From: the human T2T-CHM13v2.0 reference genome, Homo sapiens
Length of the DNA stretch: 64,000 bases
Direction: 5' to 3' (one strand)
NCBI RefSeq assembly: GCF_009914755.1
Contig: NC_060927.1
Position numbers and translations under genes: made by a program. This document shows, piece by piece, positions 1 to 13,619 of this stretch. The notes under the pieces were generated by a model, which had not been told where the DNA came from, did no database searches, and worked only from the letters and a program-made list of their open reading frames with translations. Numbering within the stretch: position 1 is the stretch's first letter; every line of letters starts with the position of its first letter.

Positions 1-38
1 GTCATGGAATGTCAATTCTAGAGTAGGAGGTAGAGAAT

Positions 39-210
39 AGGGAAGAAAGGAGGGAAAGAGGGAAGGAGGGAAGGAAGGAAGGAAGAAGGGAAAGAAGGAA
101 GAAGGAAAGGAAGGGAAGGGGGGAAGGACAGAAGGAATGAGGGAGGGAGGAAAGGAAGGAAGGAAAGAAGGAGGGGAGAAGGGGAGGAGGGAGGGAGGGA
201 AGGAAAGAAG
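39..210 (+). repeat. (GGAA/GGGA)n polypurine low-complexity tract
   Basis: Almost pure A/G over ~170 bp. Confidence 0.95.
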
Positions 211-1220
211 GCGGCTTGAAATTGGCCATGATGAGTATTTACACCACCAACATTGAAAAACTCAGTAAATCAGGGTCCTTCCTGCAGGCTGACTTTTAAA
301 TATTTGCCATCAACTACTGAAGCCAGAGATTAGAGTGAGGAGCCAGAGGAGGATTCTGAGTGCAGGAGAAACACAATTTGCTATCAATTTTATCCATTTT
401 TCAAAGTTTCCTCTTCATGATGTGGAGAATAGGCTGCAGCCAGGCACAGCAGCAGCGGGAGTATCAGCCTAGAAGGCTGTGAAATAACACAGGCATGAGA
501 TGCAAGGTTGGGCTAGCAATGGAGTAGCCAAACACGGATGGTTGGGATATGATGGGGGGCAAGGCTGATGGCATTCATTTGTGGATTGGCTGTGGGGTAA
601 AGATAGAGACACAGCTGGTGAATCATACAGACACACTCTGTTCATGAAGAGCTTACACTTTAGTGGGAGAAACAAAGCAGGCAGTCAGCTAGGACTCCCA
701 CAAATATTTAGTTATAGTGGCTCTCGATGACATATAATGCAGGGAAACCTAGCCAAGTTTGGAAATGACATTTAAGCTTTGCTAAGGTGAGGTACGGTAC
801 AATCACACACCCATGGAGATATTTACATATTTCCTCCACAACTGATTTGGTTCTGCAAACATGCAAGGCCCCAAACATGTCATTCGCTAGTAATGGACTA
901 TGGCAAGGAGGAATCAGGAACGTGGAAGCTTTCAAAAATTGCCTACCCACCCAACTTCTGGGTTTTGCCTGTTCCGTCAGGATCCGCTGTGAGCTGCTAG
1001 GGTAATGGGGCAAACGGTGGAGATGCAAATGAAAATAGAAATGCTGAGAGAACAGGTTATCTAGTGGAAAGAGGGTGCCAAAGGAAGCAGGGTAGCTAGT
1101 GTGAGTGGACTGTTTGATACAGTTTGGGAAAGAGAAAGTTTTGGAGGAGAGCAGGTACCCTGATAAGGGGAGTCTTGAGGAAGCAGATAGGCGATGAGTT
1201 TCTTCAGGGCTGATGAATGG

Positions 1221-1600
1221 TTGTGTTATTCAACCCGTTCTGCACTGACCACCATGTGACTTTGCTCCTAAGAAAAAGCAGAATATATTTCCCCACCCCT
1301 GGATTTGGGGTTTGGCCATGTAATTTGCTTTGGCTGAAAGACGGAGATGAATGGGAGTGACAGGGAGCCAGTTATGAGATTTCTGCCTTAAAGGCTTTCC
1401 ACATTTGCCATTGCCATCTGCCATTGTTTGCCACACGAGGAGAATGAGAGACACACGCTGCAGAGCCAGCCCAGCTGAGCCCTGCCTATGTCAGCCAAAA
1501 AGCAGCTGACCTGCAGACATGAGAGCAGTTATAAATGATCATTGCTTTACCCTGCCGAGTCTTGAGGAGGTTTTTGCACAGCAACAGCTGACTAATGCAG
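1221..1600. mobile_element. Old MaLR LTR (MLT1-type)
   Basis: CCATGTGACTTTGCT / GGCCATGTAATTTGCTTTGGC motifs and a GCAACAGCTGACTAATGCA-type end. Confidence 0.6.
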
Positions 1601-1712
1601 GGCTTTACTGTGTGTCCCACAGTGTAGTTTGGCTTTTCCTCATTTGACTTAAGTAGAGACTTTAATTAGTTCTAAATGCTTTCCAAATGGTTACTATTTC
1701 TTTTGATAGTAT

Positions 1713-1890
1713 TGAAACTGCCTTTGCAAAAACTATGTCAGTGAGAAAAATTATAACAGTAAGCTGAGCTAAATTGTTGCAGGTAGTTAGATGGGCATGA
1801 GCGGGGCAGGAGAGTGCTCTTCCCCCACCTACTAGGAATGTCAGGTGATGGTCTGACAGCTATCACACTGTCTCTGTAAAAATGGTAATG
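1713..1890 (+). mobile_element. Two stacked ERV1 LTR 5' fragments: LTR8-like (1713-1774) and MER50-like (1775-1890)
   Basis: TGAAACTGCCTTTGCAAAA start, then a TGTTGCAGGTAGTTAG...GGGCAGGAGAG start resembling the LTR at 2197. Confidence 0.6.
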
Positions 1891-1896
1891 CGGGGA

Positions 1897-2191
1897 CCTG
1901 GGTGCCGTGGCTCACACCTGTAATCCTAACACTTTGGGAGGTGGAGACTGACAGATAGCTTGAGTCCAGGAATTCAAGACCAGCCTGGACAACAAGGTGA
2001 AATCCTGTCTCTACAAAAAATACAGAAATTAGCCAGGCGTGGTGGCACCCACCTGTAGTCCCAGCTACTCAGGAGGCCAAGGTGGGAGGATCAATTGAGC
2101 CCTGAAGGTTGAGGCTGCAGTGAGCCGTGATTGCACCACTGTACTCCATCTTGGGCGACAGAGCAAGACCTTGTCTCAAAAAAAAAAAAAA
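1897..2191 (+). mobile_element. AluJ
   Basis: Dimeric Alu with J-type diagnostics (GCTTGAG, GAGGCTGCAG) and an A tail. Confidence 0.9.
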
Positions 2192-2196
2192 GCTTT

Positions 2197-2880
2197 TGTT
2201 ACCATAAGTAGTTAGGCAGACACGAGCAGGGCAGGAGAGGGCCCCCTTCACCAGGAATGTCAGGCGACCATCAGGTGATGATCAAGTGGTTGTTAAACTG
2301 TCTCTAAAATACAAATTGGTTGCAGCCGGTGCCAGGGAAAGGCAAGCTCCCAATAGATAGAAAACACCTGAAACTGATGATCAGCAGCTTCCTGATAAGA
2401 TCTCAGGAGCTGGGTGAGTGAACTCAAGCATGCACACTAAGAGGCAAAATGGTGGAATTAACCGGTATATGACCTTCCTCTGGGAATACTCCACCGGTAA
2501 GGGAAAAATGTTTCAAGTCAGCTTGCATACAACTTCAGTAAACACACTGCACATGTGGCCCCTCCTAAGTGCTGGCAGGCCACCCCAAACGAAGAATCAG
2601 GGGAGAAGGGCGCAATCCCCCCGGAAGCATGCCAACATATAAAACCCCAAGTCAAAGGTCAAACCTCGCACTTGATCTCTCAAGTCACCCGCTTGGCCCT
2701 CTTCCAAGTGTACTTCACTTCCTTTCATTCTTGCTCTAAACTTCTTAATATATTTCCACTCCTGCCCTTAAACTTGCCTCAGTTTCTCCCTCTGCCTTAT
2801 TCCCCTTGGTTGAATTATTTCTTCTGAGGAGATAAGAATTGAGGTTGCTGCAGTCTTGTATGGATTCGCCGCTGCTAACA
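2197..2880 (+). mobile_element. MER50-family solo LTR (ERV1)
   Basis: TGTTA...TAACA termini; MER50-like 5' end; TATAAAA box at ~2638. Confidence 0.8.
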
Positions 2881-3487
2881 GCTAAAATGGTAAATTTTGT
2901 TATGTATATTTTATCACAATAAAAATTAACAATAAGAGATCATTGGCTATTTAAACACAAATAATAACCTTGTATTATAGGGGTTATCACCTATATAAAC
3001 TGGAAAACATAAAAACAATAACATAAAGGCTGATGGGGAGAAACAGAAGTATACTAATGTAAGGATATCATACAACATATGAAGAGGCATAATATCACTC
3101 AAAAGTATATTGTGATAAGAAAAGATGTATGCTACCACTAAAATAATAAAACAAAGAGTTAAAGCTAATAAGTCTATAATGGAGATAAAAATAGACCACA
3201 AAAATGCCCAACTAATTCAAATCAATCCAGTTAATCTAAAATAATCCAATTAATCTAAAAGAAGACGGAGGAAAAAAGGAACAAAGAACAGGTGGAAAAA
3301 TAGGAAACAAATGCCAACCTGACAGAGTGAAAGTTAGCCATTACAGATAAAAAGTTTAAATAAAAATAGTCCAAATAGCCCCATTAAAAGGCAGACTCTC
3401 TCAGATTGGATAAAAATGCAAGACAACTTTGTGCTGCCTGCAAGAAATGCATTTTAAAATATATAGACACAAATAGATTAAAAGTGA

Positions 3488-3602
3488 ATTTTTTTTTTTT
3501 TTCTTGAGGCCAGGCTGTTCTCAAACTCCTGGGCTCAGGTGATCCACCTGCCTTGGCCTCCCAAAGTGCTGGGATTACAGACATGAACCATGGTGCCTAG
3601 CC
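3488..3602 (-). mobile_element. Alu monomer (FLAM-like)
   Basis: Poly-T followed by a reverse-complement left arm only. Confidence 0.8.
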
Positions 3603-3667
3603 AAATAGTGAAAGTTTTGACAAGGGTATGCCATTGCTGACACTAGTCAAGAGGAAGCTGGAGTGGC

Positions 3668-4619
3668 TGAGCAGTTCCCTGGGAGCCAAAATCCAACCCT
3701 GTGTGTGAGTTTTTAGCCATTACAAAGGCCTCACCACAGGGTTTGTTCCATGGGCCCTCCCCACCTGGCCTCGGTGCACAGTCTGAGCACTGAAGTCCCT
3801 TGGGGGGAGTTGTATCAAGGACTCAGTTCCCCTGCCCTCATGTTCTTACACATACCTGCATTCCCAGCTCAGACATTTCCATGCAGAGGCCCCTGGATCA
3901 GGGGGGCCCTGGCAGAGGTCTTTACTGGCTGCCTCTACTGAGACCGCCTTTTGGGGGTAACCTGAACATGCTTTTCTCCATTCTTTCTTTCCCCCCCTCT
4001 GTCGCCAGGCTGGAGTGCAGTGGCGTGATCTTGGCTCACGGCAACGAGCCTCCGCCTCCCGGGTTCAAGCGATTCTCCTGCCTCAGCTCTCCTTCCTCAG
4101 CCTCCCGAGTAGCTGGGACTACAGAATTTTTTGTATTTTTAGTAGAGATGGGGTTTCACCATGTTGGCCAGGATGGTCTTGAACTCCAGACCTTGTGATC
4201 CGCCCGCCTCAGCCTCCCAAAGTGCTGGGATTACAGGTGTGAGCCACCGTGCCCAGCCGCTTTTCTCCATTCTAACCCAGCATTCAGTACTTTTCTACTC
4301 CTGGCCTTCCCCTACCCAATCCCCACCCTTCACCACAGGGTCCATAAAATCCCAGCAAAAGCAAAATAGCAGGAGCCTCTTGTTCGGCAGCCCCTCTCCC
4401 TCAGCAGGGAGACGATCACCCCCATACTCCAATTCCCCTCCTCAGAGCTGCTACATGGGGGAAAACATGGAACACTCTGGGAGCTGGCACTTCTTCCTGT
4501 TTTGCTTCTTGCTTATATTATTGCATAAGTGAATAAAGTCTTAATGGTTTTTTTTTTTTTTTTAGTTTGGCCGTTTTCTTAACTGACCACCTTAAAACCT
4601 AGCAGCTCAGCTCTCGACA
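3668..4619 (+). mobile_element. Solo LTR (probably ERVL class, subfamily not recognised) inserted in the L1, with an Alu inside
   Basis: TG...CA ends interrupt the L1 motif GGAGTGGC|TATATT; AATAAA at ~4532; degenerate 5-bp TSD GTGGC/GAGGT. Confidence 0.6.
3985..4259 (-). mobile_element. AluS with small internal rearrangements
   Basis: Reverse-complement Alu; flanking TSD GCTTTTCTCCATTCT. Confidence 0.9.
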
Positions 4620-5502
4620 GAGGTTATATTAATAAAATAAAAGTAAATCTCGGAGTGAAAAATGTTACCGTGGACAAAGAGAGTCATTTCATAATGATAA
4701 ATTGGTCAATTAATGAAAATGTGGCAATCCTAAGTGTTTATGTACCTCATAACAGAGCTTCAAAATACATGAGGCAAAAACTGATAGACTGCAAGGAGAA
4801 ATAAACACATCCATAATTGTAGTTGGGGATTTCGATAATCCTTTCTCAATAATTAATTGAACAAGTGGACAGAAAATCAGCAAGGATATAATAGATTTGA
4901 ACAATACTATCAAACAACTCCTAATTGACATTTTTACAACACTCTATCCAATGGCAGCAGAATACATGTTATTTTCAAGTACACATGGGCCATTTACAAA
5001 GACCAACTACATTCTGAGCCATAAAACAATTCTCAATATATGTAAAAAGATTCAAGTCATACAAATATGTTCTTTGACCACAATGAAATTAAATTAGAAA
5101 TCAATAGAAGAGAGATAACTGAAAAATATCCAAATATCTGGAAACTAAATAACATGCTTCTAAATAACCCATAGTTCAAAGAATAAATAAAAAGGGAAAT
5201 TACTAAATATTCTGAACTGAATGAAAATGAAAATACAGTATATCAGAATTTGTGGGATGCCACTGATGGAACTGTATAGCACCAAATGCCTATTTTACAA
5301 AAAAAGAAATGACTCAAGGCAATGACCTCAGGATCCATCTCAGGAAATAAATAATAAAAACAAGAGTGCACATTAAACTCAAAGGAAGCAGACAACAGGA
5401 AATAATGAAGATCAAAACAGAAATTGATAAAATAGAAGACAGAAAAACAGTAGAGAAAATCAACAAAAACAAAGCTGGTCCCTTGACAAGAAAAATAAAA
5501 TG

Positions 5503-5819
5503 GAGCCAGGCATGGTGGCTCACGCCTGTAATCCCAGCACTTTGGAAGGCGGGACAGTTGGATCACCTGAGGTCAGGAGTTTGAGACGAGCCTGACCAAT
5601 ATGGTGAAACCCCATCTCTACTGAAAAATGCAAAAATCAGCTGGGCTTGGTGGTGCACACCTGTAATCCCAGCTACTCAGGAGGCTAAAGCAGGAGAATC
5701 GCCTGAACCCGGGAGGCGGAGGTTGCCCCATTGAGCCGAGATCGCCCCATTGCACACCAGCCTGGGCAACGAGAGTGAAACTCCATCTCAGAAAAAAAAA
5801 AAGGAAAAGAAAAAGAAAA
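5503..5819 (+). mobile_element. AluS
   Basis: Full dimer with A-rich tail. Confidence 0.93.
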
Positions 5820-6016
5820 TGGATAAAACTCGAGATAGACTGATTAGGAAAAAAGAGAGATCAAAATTTTTCATATTAGGAATGAGAGAATAATATCTAC
5901 AGATATTAAAAGGATAAAAAGGGAGTATCATTTTAAAAACTTTATGCCTATAAATTTTACAATGGAAATGAAATTAATAAATTTCCTAAAACACATAAAA
6001 TATCAAAGCTCAGTCA

Positions 6017-6372
<356 letters not shown>

Positions 6373-6888
6373 TTAAAAAATTTCAATTTGTAGTTAGAAA
6401 TCTCCCACAAAGAAAATTCTAGACACAGATAGCTTTGCCAGTGAATTCTACCAAACATTTAATGAAGAAATAATACCAATTCTATGCAAACTATCCCAGA
6501 GAATTTAAGAGGTGGGAATACTTCTAAGAGACCAGAATTACCATGATACAAAAACCTTACAAAGATATAACCAAAAAAGCAAACTATAGGCCAAGATCCT
6601 TCATGAATATAGAAGAAAAAAATTAAAATTTTAGCAAGTTGAATTCAAAATATGTAAAAAGAATAAAATATCATGACAAATTGGGATTTTCCTTCCTGGG
6701 AATTCAGGATGCTTTAACACTGAAAATAAATCAATACAATTCTCCATATTAGCAGAAAAGAAAAATCATATGATAATCTCAAAAGACACAGAAAAAGCAT
6801 GTGGCAAAAATCTAACACATATTATTAAATAAAAACTTTCATCAAACTAAGCATAAAAAAACATTTCCTCAAACTGAAAAAGGGCATC

Positions 6889-7437
6889 TGTGATGGTTAA
6901 TACTGAGCGTTAACTTGATTGGATTGAAGGATGCAAAGCATTGTTCCTGGGTGTGTCTGTAAGGGTGTTGCCAAAGGAGATAACATTTGAGTCAGTAGAC
7001 TGGGAGAGGCAGACCCACCCTCAATTTGGGTGGGCACCATCTAATCAGCTGCCAGTGCAGCTAGAATATAAGCAGGCAGAAGAACGTGGAAGGACTAGAC
7101 TTGCTGAGTCTTCTGGCTTTCATCTTTCTCCTGGGCTGGATGCTTCCTGCCCTCGAACATCAGACTCTGAGTTCTTCAACTTTTGGACTCTCAAGCTTAA
7201 CACCAGTGGTTTGCTAAGGGCTCTCAGCCCTTGGGCCACAGACTGAAGGCTGCACTGTTGGCTTCCCTACTTTTGAGGTTTTGGGGTTTGGACTGGCTTT
7301 CTTGCTTGTCAGCTTGTAGACGGCCTATCATGGGACTTCACCTTGTGATCGTGTGAGTCAATACTCCTTAAAAACTCCCTTTCATATATACATCTATCCT
7401 ATTAGTTCTGTCCCTCTAGAGAACCCTGAATAATACA
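6889..7437 (+). mobile_element. MLT2A (HERV-L) solo LTR, probably MLT2A2
   Basis: TGTGATGGTTAATACTGAG...TAATACA; perfect 5-bp TSD GCATC; 549 bp. Confidence 0.9.
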
Positions 7438-9609
7438 GCATCTATGAAAAATCTATAGCTAACAACATACTTAATGATAAAAGACTGAATGCATTTTCTG
7501 TGTGATCAGGACTAAGACAAGGATGTTTGCTCTCACCACTTGTATTCAACCTTGTGCTGGAGACTCTGGAACATATAATCAGACATGAAAAAAATGCATC
7601 CAGAATGGAAGAAATAAAACTGTTTTTATATATAGCCAACATGATCATCTATGTAGAAAATCTAATAGAAACCACAAAAAAGTTAGAAGTAATAATTGAT
7701 TTTAGCTAAGGTTTTAGGATAAAATATCAATATAAAAATCAATTGTATTTCTACTGACTAGCAAAGAACAATCAGAAGTTGAAATTTTAAAAATATTTTA
7801 AATAACATAAAAATATGAAATACTTAGGGATAAATCTGACATAAGATGTGAAAGACCTGTACACTATAAACTATAAAACATTGCCAAGAGAAATTCAAGA
7901 CCTATATTAATGGAGAGATATACCATGTTTATGGATTAAAAGACTCATTATTGTTAATATGCCAATGATCTCCAAATTATGAATTCAATGGAGTCACAAT
8001 AAAAACCCTAGCAGACATTTTATAGAAATTGACAGACTTTAAGATTAATATGGAAATAAAAGGGACCTAGGCTAGACAAAACAATATGGGAAAAGAACTA
8101 AGAGGATGAACACTATCTCACTTCAAGACTTATTACAAAGCTACAGTAACCAAAATCGTGGGTATTGACATCACAATAGACAAGGGATATCATTAAACAA
8201 AATAGCCTAGAAAGAGACCTACACATATATGGACTCTGTGTGTGTGTATGTGTGTGTGTGTGTTTACAAAGGTGCAAATGCAATTAAGTGGAGAAAGGAC
8301 AGTCTTTTCAACAAATAGTGCTAGAATAATTGGGTACCATATGCAAAATCCATACTTCACACTATACATAGAAATGAACTGAAAAATGGGTCACAGGCCT
8401 AATGAAAAAACCAAAAACTATAATATTCCTAGAAGAAAATCTTTGTGACTTTGCATTGGGCAAAGATTTCTTAGCTGTGACACCAAAAGCATGATCCATA
8501 AAAGAACAAATTTATAAATTGGATTTCATCAAAATTTAAAACTTCTGTTTTTCAGATGACACTATTAAGAGAATGAGAAAACAAGCCAGAGACTAGGAGA
8601 AAATATTTGCACAGAATACATCTGATAAGAGCCTTCATCCAGAATGTATAAAGAACTCTCAAAACTCAGTTATAAAAACAATAAAACAATGGGCAAAAGA
8701 TTGGAACAGACACTTCCACAAAGAAGATATATGGATGGCAAATAAGCATATGAAAAGATGTTCAAAATCATTAATAGTTAGGAAAATGCAAATTAAAAGC
8801 ACTATATGCCTACTAGAATAGCTAAATTTAAAAAGATTGACAATACCAAATGTTGTCAAGGAGGTGGAGGAATTGGAACTCATACACTGTTGGAAACAAA
8901 AAATGGAAAATAGTTTGGCAGTTTCTTAAAGAGTCAAACATATACCTGCTATATGATCCAGCACTCGTATGTATTTATCCAAGAGAACTAAAAGCATATC
9001 ATAAAAAGACTCATACATAAATGTTTACAGCAGCTTTATTTGTAAAAGTCCCACACTGGAAACAACCCAAATGTCCATAATAGGTAACTAGATAAAGAAA
9101 CTTTGGTATATTCATACAATGAAATACTATTCAGCAATAAAAAGAAAGGTCTATTGATACATATAACAACATGAATGAATGTTAAAGTAATTATGCTGAG
9201 TAAAAAGAAGCCAGACCAAAAAAAAGTACTTATTGTATTCTTACATTTGTGTAAACCTCTAGAAAATTAAAATTAATCTATATGGCAGAAAGCAGATCAG
9301 TGGCTGCCTGAGAGGAGGGTACACAGAGACAGACAGGAAGGAGAGATTACAAAAGGGCATGAGGAAACTTTTTGGGGTAATGTATATGTTCACTATGTTG
9401 ATTGTCTTCATGGGTACATACATATGTCAAAACTTATCAAACTGTACACTAGATATATATATGCTGTTTATTTTATGTCATTTATACTTCAAAATGTCGT
9501 TAAAACTCTCAACAAATTAGGTATGGAAGGAATGTTCCTCAATGTAATAAAGGCCGTATTTGACAAGCCCACAGCCAACATCATACTCAATGGTAAAAAG
9601 CAGAAAGCT

Positions 9610-10145
<536 letters not shown>

Positions 10146-10671
10146 TCAGTAAAGTTGCAGGATACCAAAATCAACATACAAAAATGAATTGCATTTCTAT
10201 ACACCAACAACAAACTATCTGAAAAAGAAAGAAAGAAAACAATCCTACTTACAATAGCATCAAACACAATAAAAATACTTAGGAATAAATTTAATCAAGA
10301 GTTTAAAGATCTGTACATTGACAACTATAAAACACTGAGGAAATAAATTGAAGATGACACAAATAAAAATAAAGATATCACATGTTCATGTATCAGAACT
10401 AATATTATTAAAATGTCCATACTACCAAAGGTGATGTATAGATTCAATGCAACAGAATTTCTCTATCAAAATTCCAATGGCATTCTTCACAGATATAGAA
10501 AAAAATGATTCTAAAATTCATATGGAACCACAAAAAACCATGAATAACCAAAGCAATCTTGAGAAAGAAGAACAAAGCTGGAGGCATCACATATCCTGAT
10601 TTCAAACTATGTTACAAAGCTATATTAATCCAAACAGTACAGTACTGGCATAAAAACAAACAGACCAATAG

Positions 10672-11212
10672 AACATGAGTTTGAATGGTACAGGTCCATT
10701 TATATGTGAATTTTCTTCTGCTTGTGGCACACCTGGGACAGCAAGACCAATCCTCCTATTCCTTCTCTTCCTCAGTTTACCCAACAGGAAGACAAGGAGG
10801 TTGAAGACCTATCCACTTTGACTTAATAGTAAATATATTTCTCTTCCTTATTATTTCGTTTAATAACACTGTCTTTTCTATAGTTTACTTTAGCATAAGA
10901 ATACAGCATATAATACATATAACATACAAAATATGTGTTAATCGACTGTTTATGTTATTGGTCAATAGTAGGCTATTAGTCATTAAAGTTTTTGGAGAGT
11001 CAAAAGTGTTATGCAAGAGCTGGGCACAGTGGCACACACCTGTAGTCCCAGCTACTCAGGAGCCTGAGGCAGGAGGATCCCTAAAACCTAGTAATTCAAG
11101 GCCAATCTGGGCAACATAGTGAGACCTCATGTCTCAAAAAAAAAAGCTATATGCTGGTTTTTGACTGTGCAGGGGTCAGTGCTCCAACTCCATGTTGTTC
11201 AAGGGTCAACAG
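10672..11212. mobile_element. Tigger2a (MER28) DNA transposon with a FLAM Alu monomer at ~11018-11145
   Basis: Right terminus GTTGTTCAAGGGTCAACAG-TA; body matches the recalled Tigger2a consensus; left terminus lost. Confidence 0.82.
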
Positions 11213-11426
11213 TATATTATATGCAGAATCTAAGAAAGTAGAACTCATCAAAACATAAAGTACAATGGCAGTTGCCAGGGAATGGGGGTGGAGGAAATGG
11301 GTAGATTTTGACCAAAGGGCACAAACTTTCAGTTATAAGATGAGCATTTTCTGGGAATCTAATGTATAGCATAGGTGATAATGTATGTATGTTTTAACTT
11401 GATTGTAGTAATCATTATACGATGCA

Positions 11427-11460
11427 TTAGATTGGTGCAAACATAACTGCACCAACCTAA
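11427..11460. mobile_element. Internally collapsed MADE1 (Hsmar1 MITE)
   Basis: TTAGATTGGTGCA-8nt-TGCACCAACCTAA, the Hsmar1 TIR ends. Confidence 0.8.
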
Positions 11461-12066
11461 TATATGTATATCAAATCATTACATTGTATACCTTGGGTAT
11501 ATATAATCTTCATCAATTAAGTAAATAAAGATAAAATGGTCAGGTGAGTTTAATAATTAAGAGTGGAAAGAAGGAAAAGTCAGTTAAGATTTTGCTTGTA
11601 GTTAGAGAATAAATAGAGCCAAATAAGTATAATTTCCTTGTTCAATTAAAAATCATGAAAAAACTAGCACCAATGTGAATGTATGCTAATTGTGCAATGG
11701 TTTTGTACAGTGTGATAATCTACAAATTCAAATACTACACAAGTATTTAAAAAACCCAAAACCATTGTGAAAATGTTTATGGTCTAATGCTAAGTGAGTA
11801 AAGGAGACTGAAAAATTGTGCCTAAAACTATGGGTGACAACTTTCCTTCTTACTACTAAAACTCGTTTTGAGCAGTAACTAGTAATAAAATAGAAATGGA
11901 AGCATTTTAAGCTTTTTAATTTTTAATGGATGACTTAAAGTCAGTCACTTATTTTTTTTCTAAATGATTCAAAACCTAACCAGGTGGTATGGAGGAAAAC
12001 CCGGCACTTTTTGAGGAGTCTGAATAATCAGGCAATTGACCACATCAAACAAATGCGTCTCTAGTA

Positions 12067-12398
12067 GAGGTTGAAAATGCCTTCTCCAAAATGCTTGAAA
12101 TCAGAAATGTTTCGGACTTGGGGTTTTTTGTTGTTTTTTTTTTTTTATTTTGGAATATTTGCATATATGCAATGAGATATCCAAGTCTAAACATGAAATT
12201 CATTTATGTTTCACATACCTTAGACACATGGTCTGAAGGTAATTTTATACAATATTTTAAATAATTTTGTGTATGAAACAATGTGTACACTGAACCATCT
12301 GAAAGCAAAGGTGTCACTATCTCATGTTAGCGCTCAAAAACTTTCAGATTTAGGGGCATTTTGAAATTGAGATTTTTGGATTAGGGATGCTCAACCTG
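12067..12398. mobile_element. Tigger4 (MER46/Zombi) element
   Basis: Ends GATTAGGGATGCTCAACCTG-TA; degenerate left terminus. Confidence 0.8.
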
Positions 12399-13619
12399 TA
12401 CTGATTTTAAAAGAAGGCATTCCTGGGAATGATACAGCCCAATAGTAATGACAACTGCCATTAAAACCAAAAAGCTAGATTGAAATATCATCAGAATAAG
12501 TTGTCACATCACTGATTCTTCACTAAAACACTTCTATTCAAAAGGCTCAATTTTTGTAGATTGCTAAAGTAGGACCTGAGACCAGGTATCACAAATGTAC
12601 AAACTTAACACTTAAGCTTTTTAAAACCTTCTTACCAGGATCTCTGGTTTTCTGGGTGCCATGGCAACTCCAACTAGAAAAAGAAATGAAACTCCCTTTG
12701 GCTAGAAACTGTGTTCATGTCATTCATGAGGCCCCCTAGGTGTCTATTGAAGATTATATGAGCTACAGTTCACAAACGCACTTTGCGTTGGTTCCACAAG
12801 CACTACTGAACACCTATTTTTTAGCAGGTTCCACATGCTGGGCATACAAGAATGAATAAAACACAATCTCTGCCCTGGAAGAATTTACAAAGAAATAGTG
12901 GTACTACAGGTGCTGTGGAACTGCAAAGAGCACGTAAATGTTAGCTTAAAGGTCTCTTTCTAACATCAAACTTTATTTCTCCTGTTTTCACATTCTTACT
13001 GCAAAAAACTGAAACAATTCAGAAAAAAAAAATTTGAAACTCTCTGAAATCCTACCATCAAGAAATAAGCATCATTAACATTTGGTGAACATCTTTCTTA
13101 AGCATTCATGTATTAAATACATGAGGCTTATACTCTAAATGCTATTTTTTAAACTCAGTGCTATTTTTCAACCTTCCTTTCCTAAGCAGCAGCATGTAGT
13201 AGATCTCATGAGATGTTGCATCTTTTTTTAATGTGATGTCAGCTATTATCATTTATATGCCTTGGCCTGTCATAAAAGTCTGCAGAATCTAACTCAAGCC
13301 ACCTCTGTTCATTCACCTCCACCTGATCTGGTAGGTGCTGCCTCTTGTCCTAGTGTAGAAGGGACCCTGACCTTGAAATTGAAAGGACTTGCTTCTGGTG
13401 CTGACCCTGTTCTGACCCTTGGCCATCACTTAAACCTTCCTAAGTTCCAGTGTTCTCTTCTGTAAAACTAGGGTTGTAAATATTTGCCCTGCCTGCCTTC
13501 TTCCCACTGGCTATTCCCTCTACTAAAAACTGGGCTCCTTGACCTCCAGGAATCTACAGGCCAGTGAGGGAGACAGGTAAGAAAAAAGGAAATTCGAAAA
13601 CACTGTCAAGGGCTACCTC

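Noticed and set aside
3800-4532. ORFs containing Alu-type peptides (also at 9424, 18206, 38353, 45963, 60762)
   Set aside because: These are translations of Alu sequence, a common artefact.
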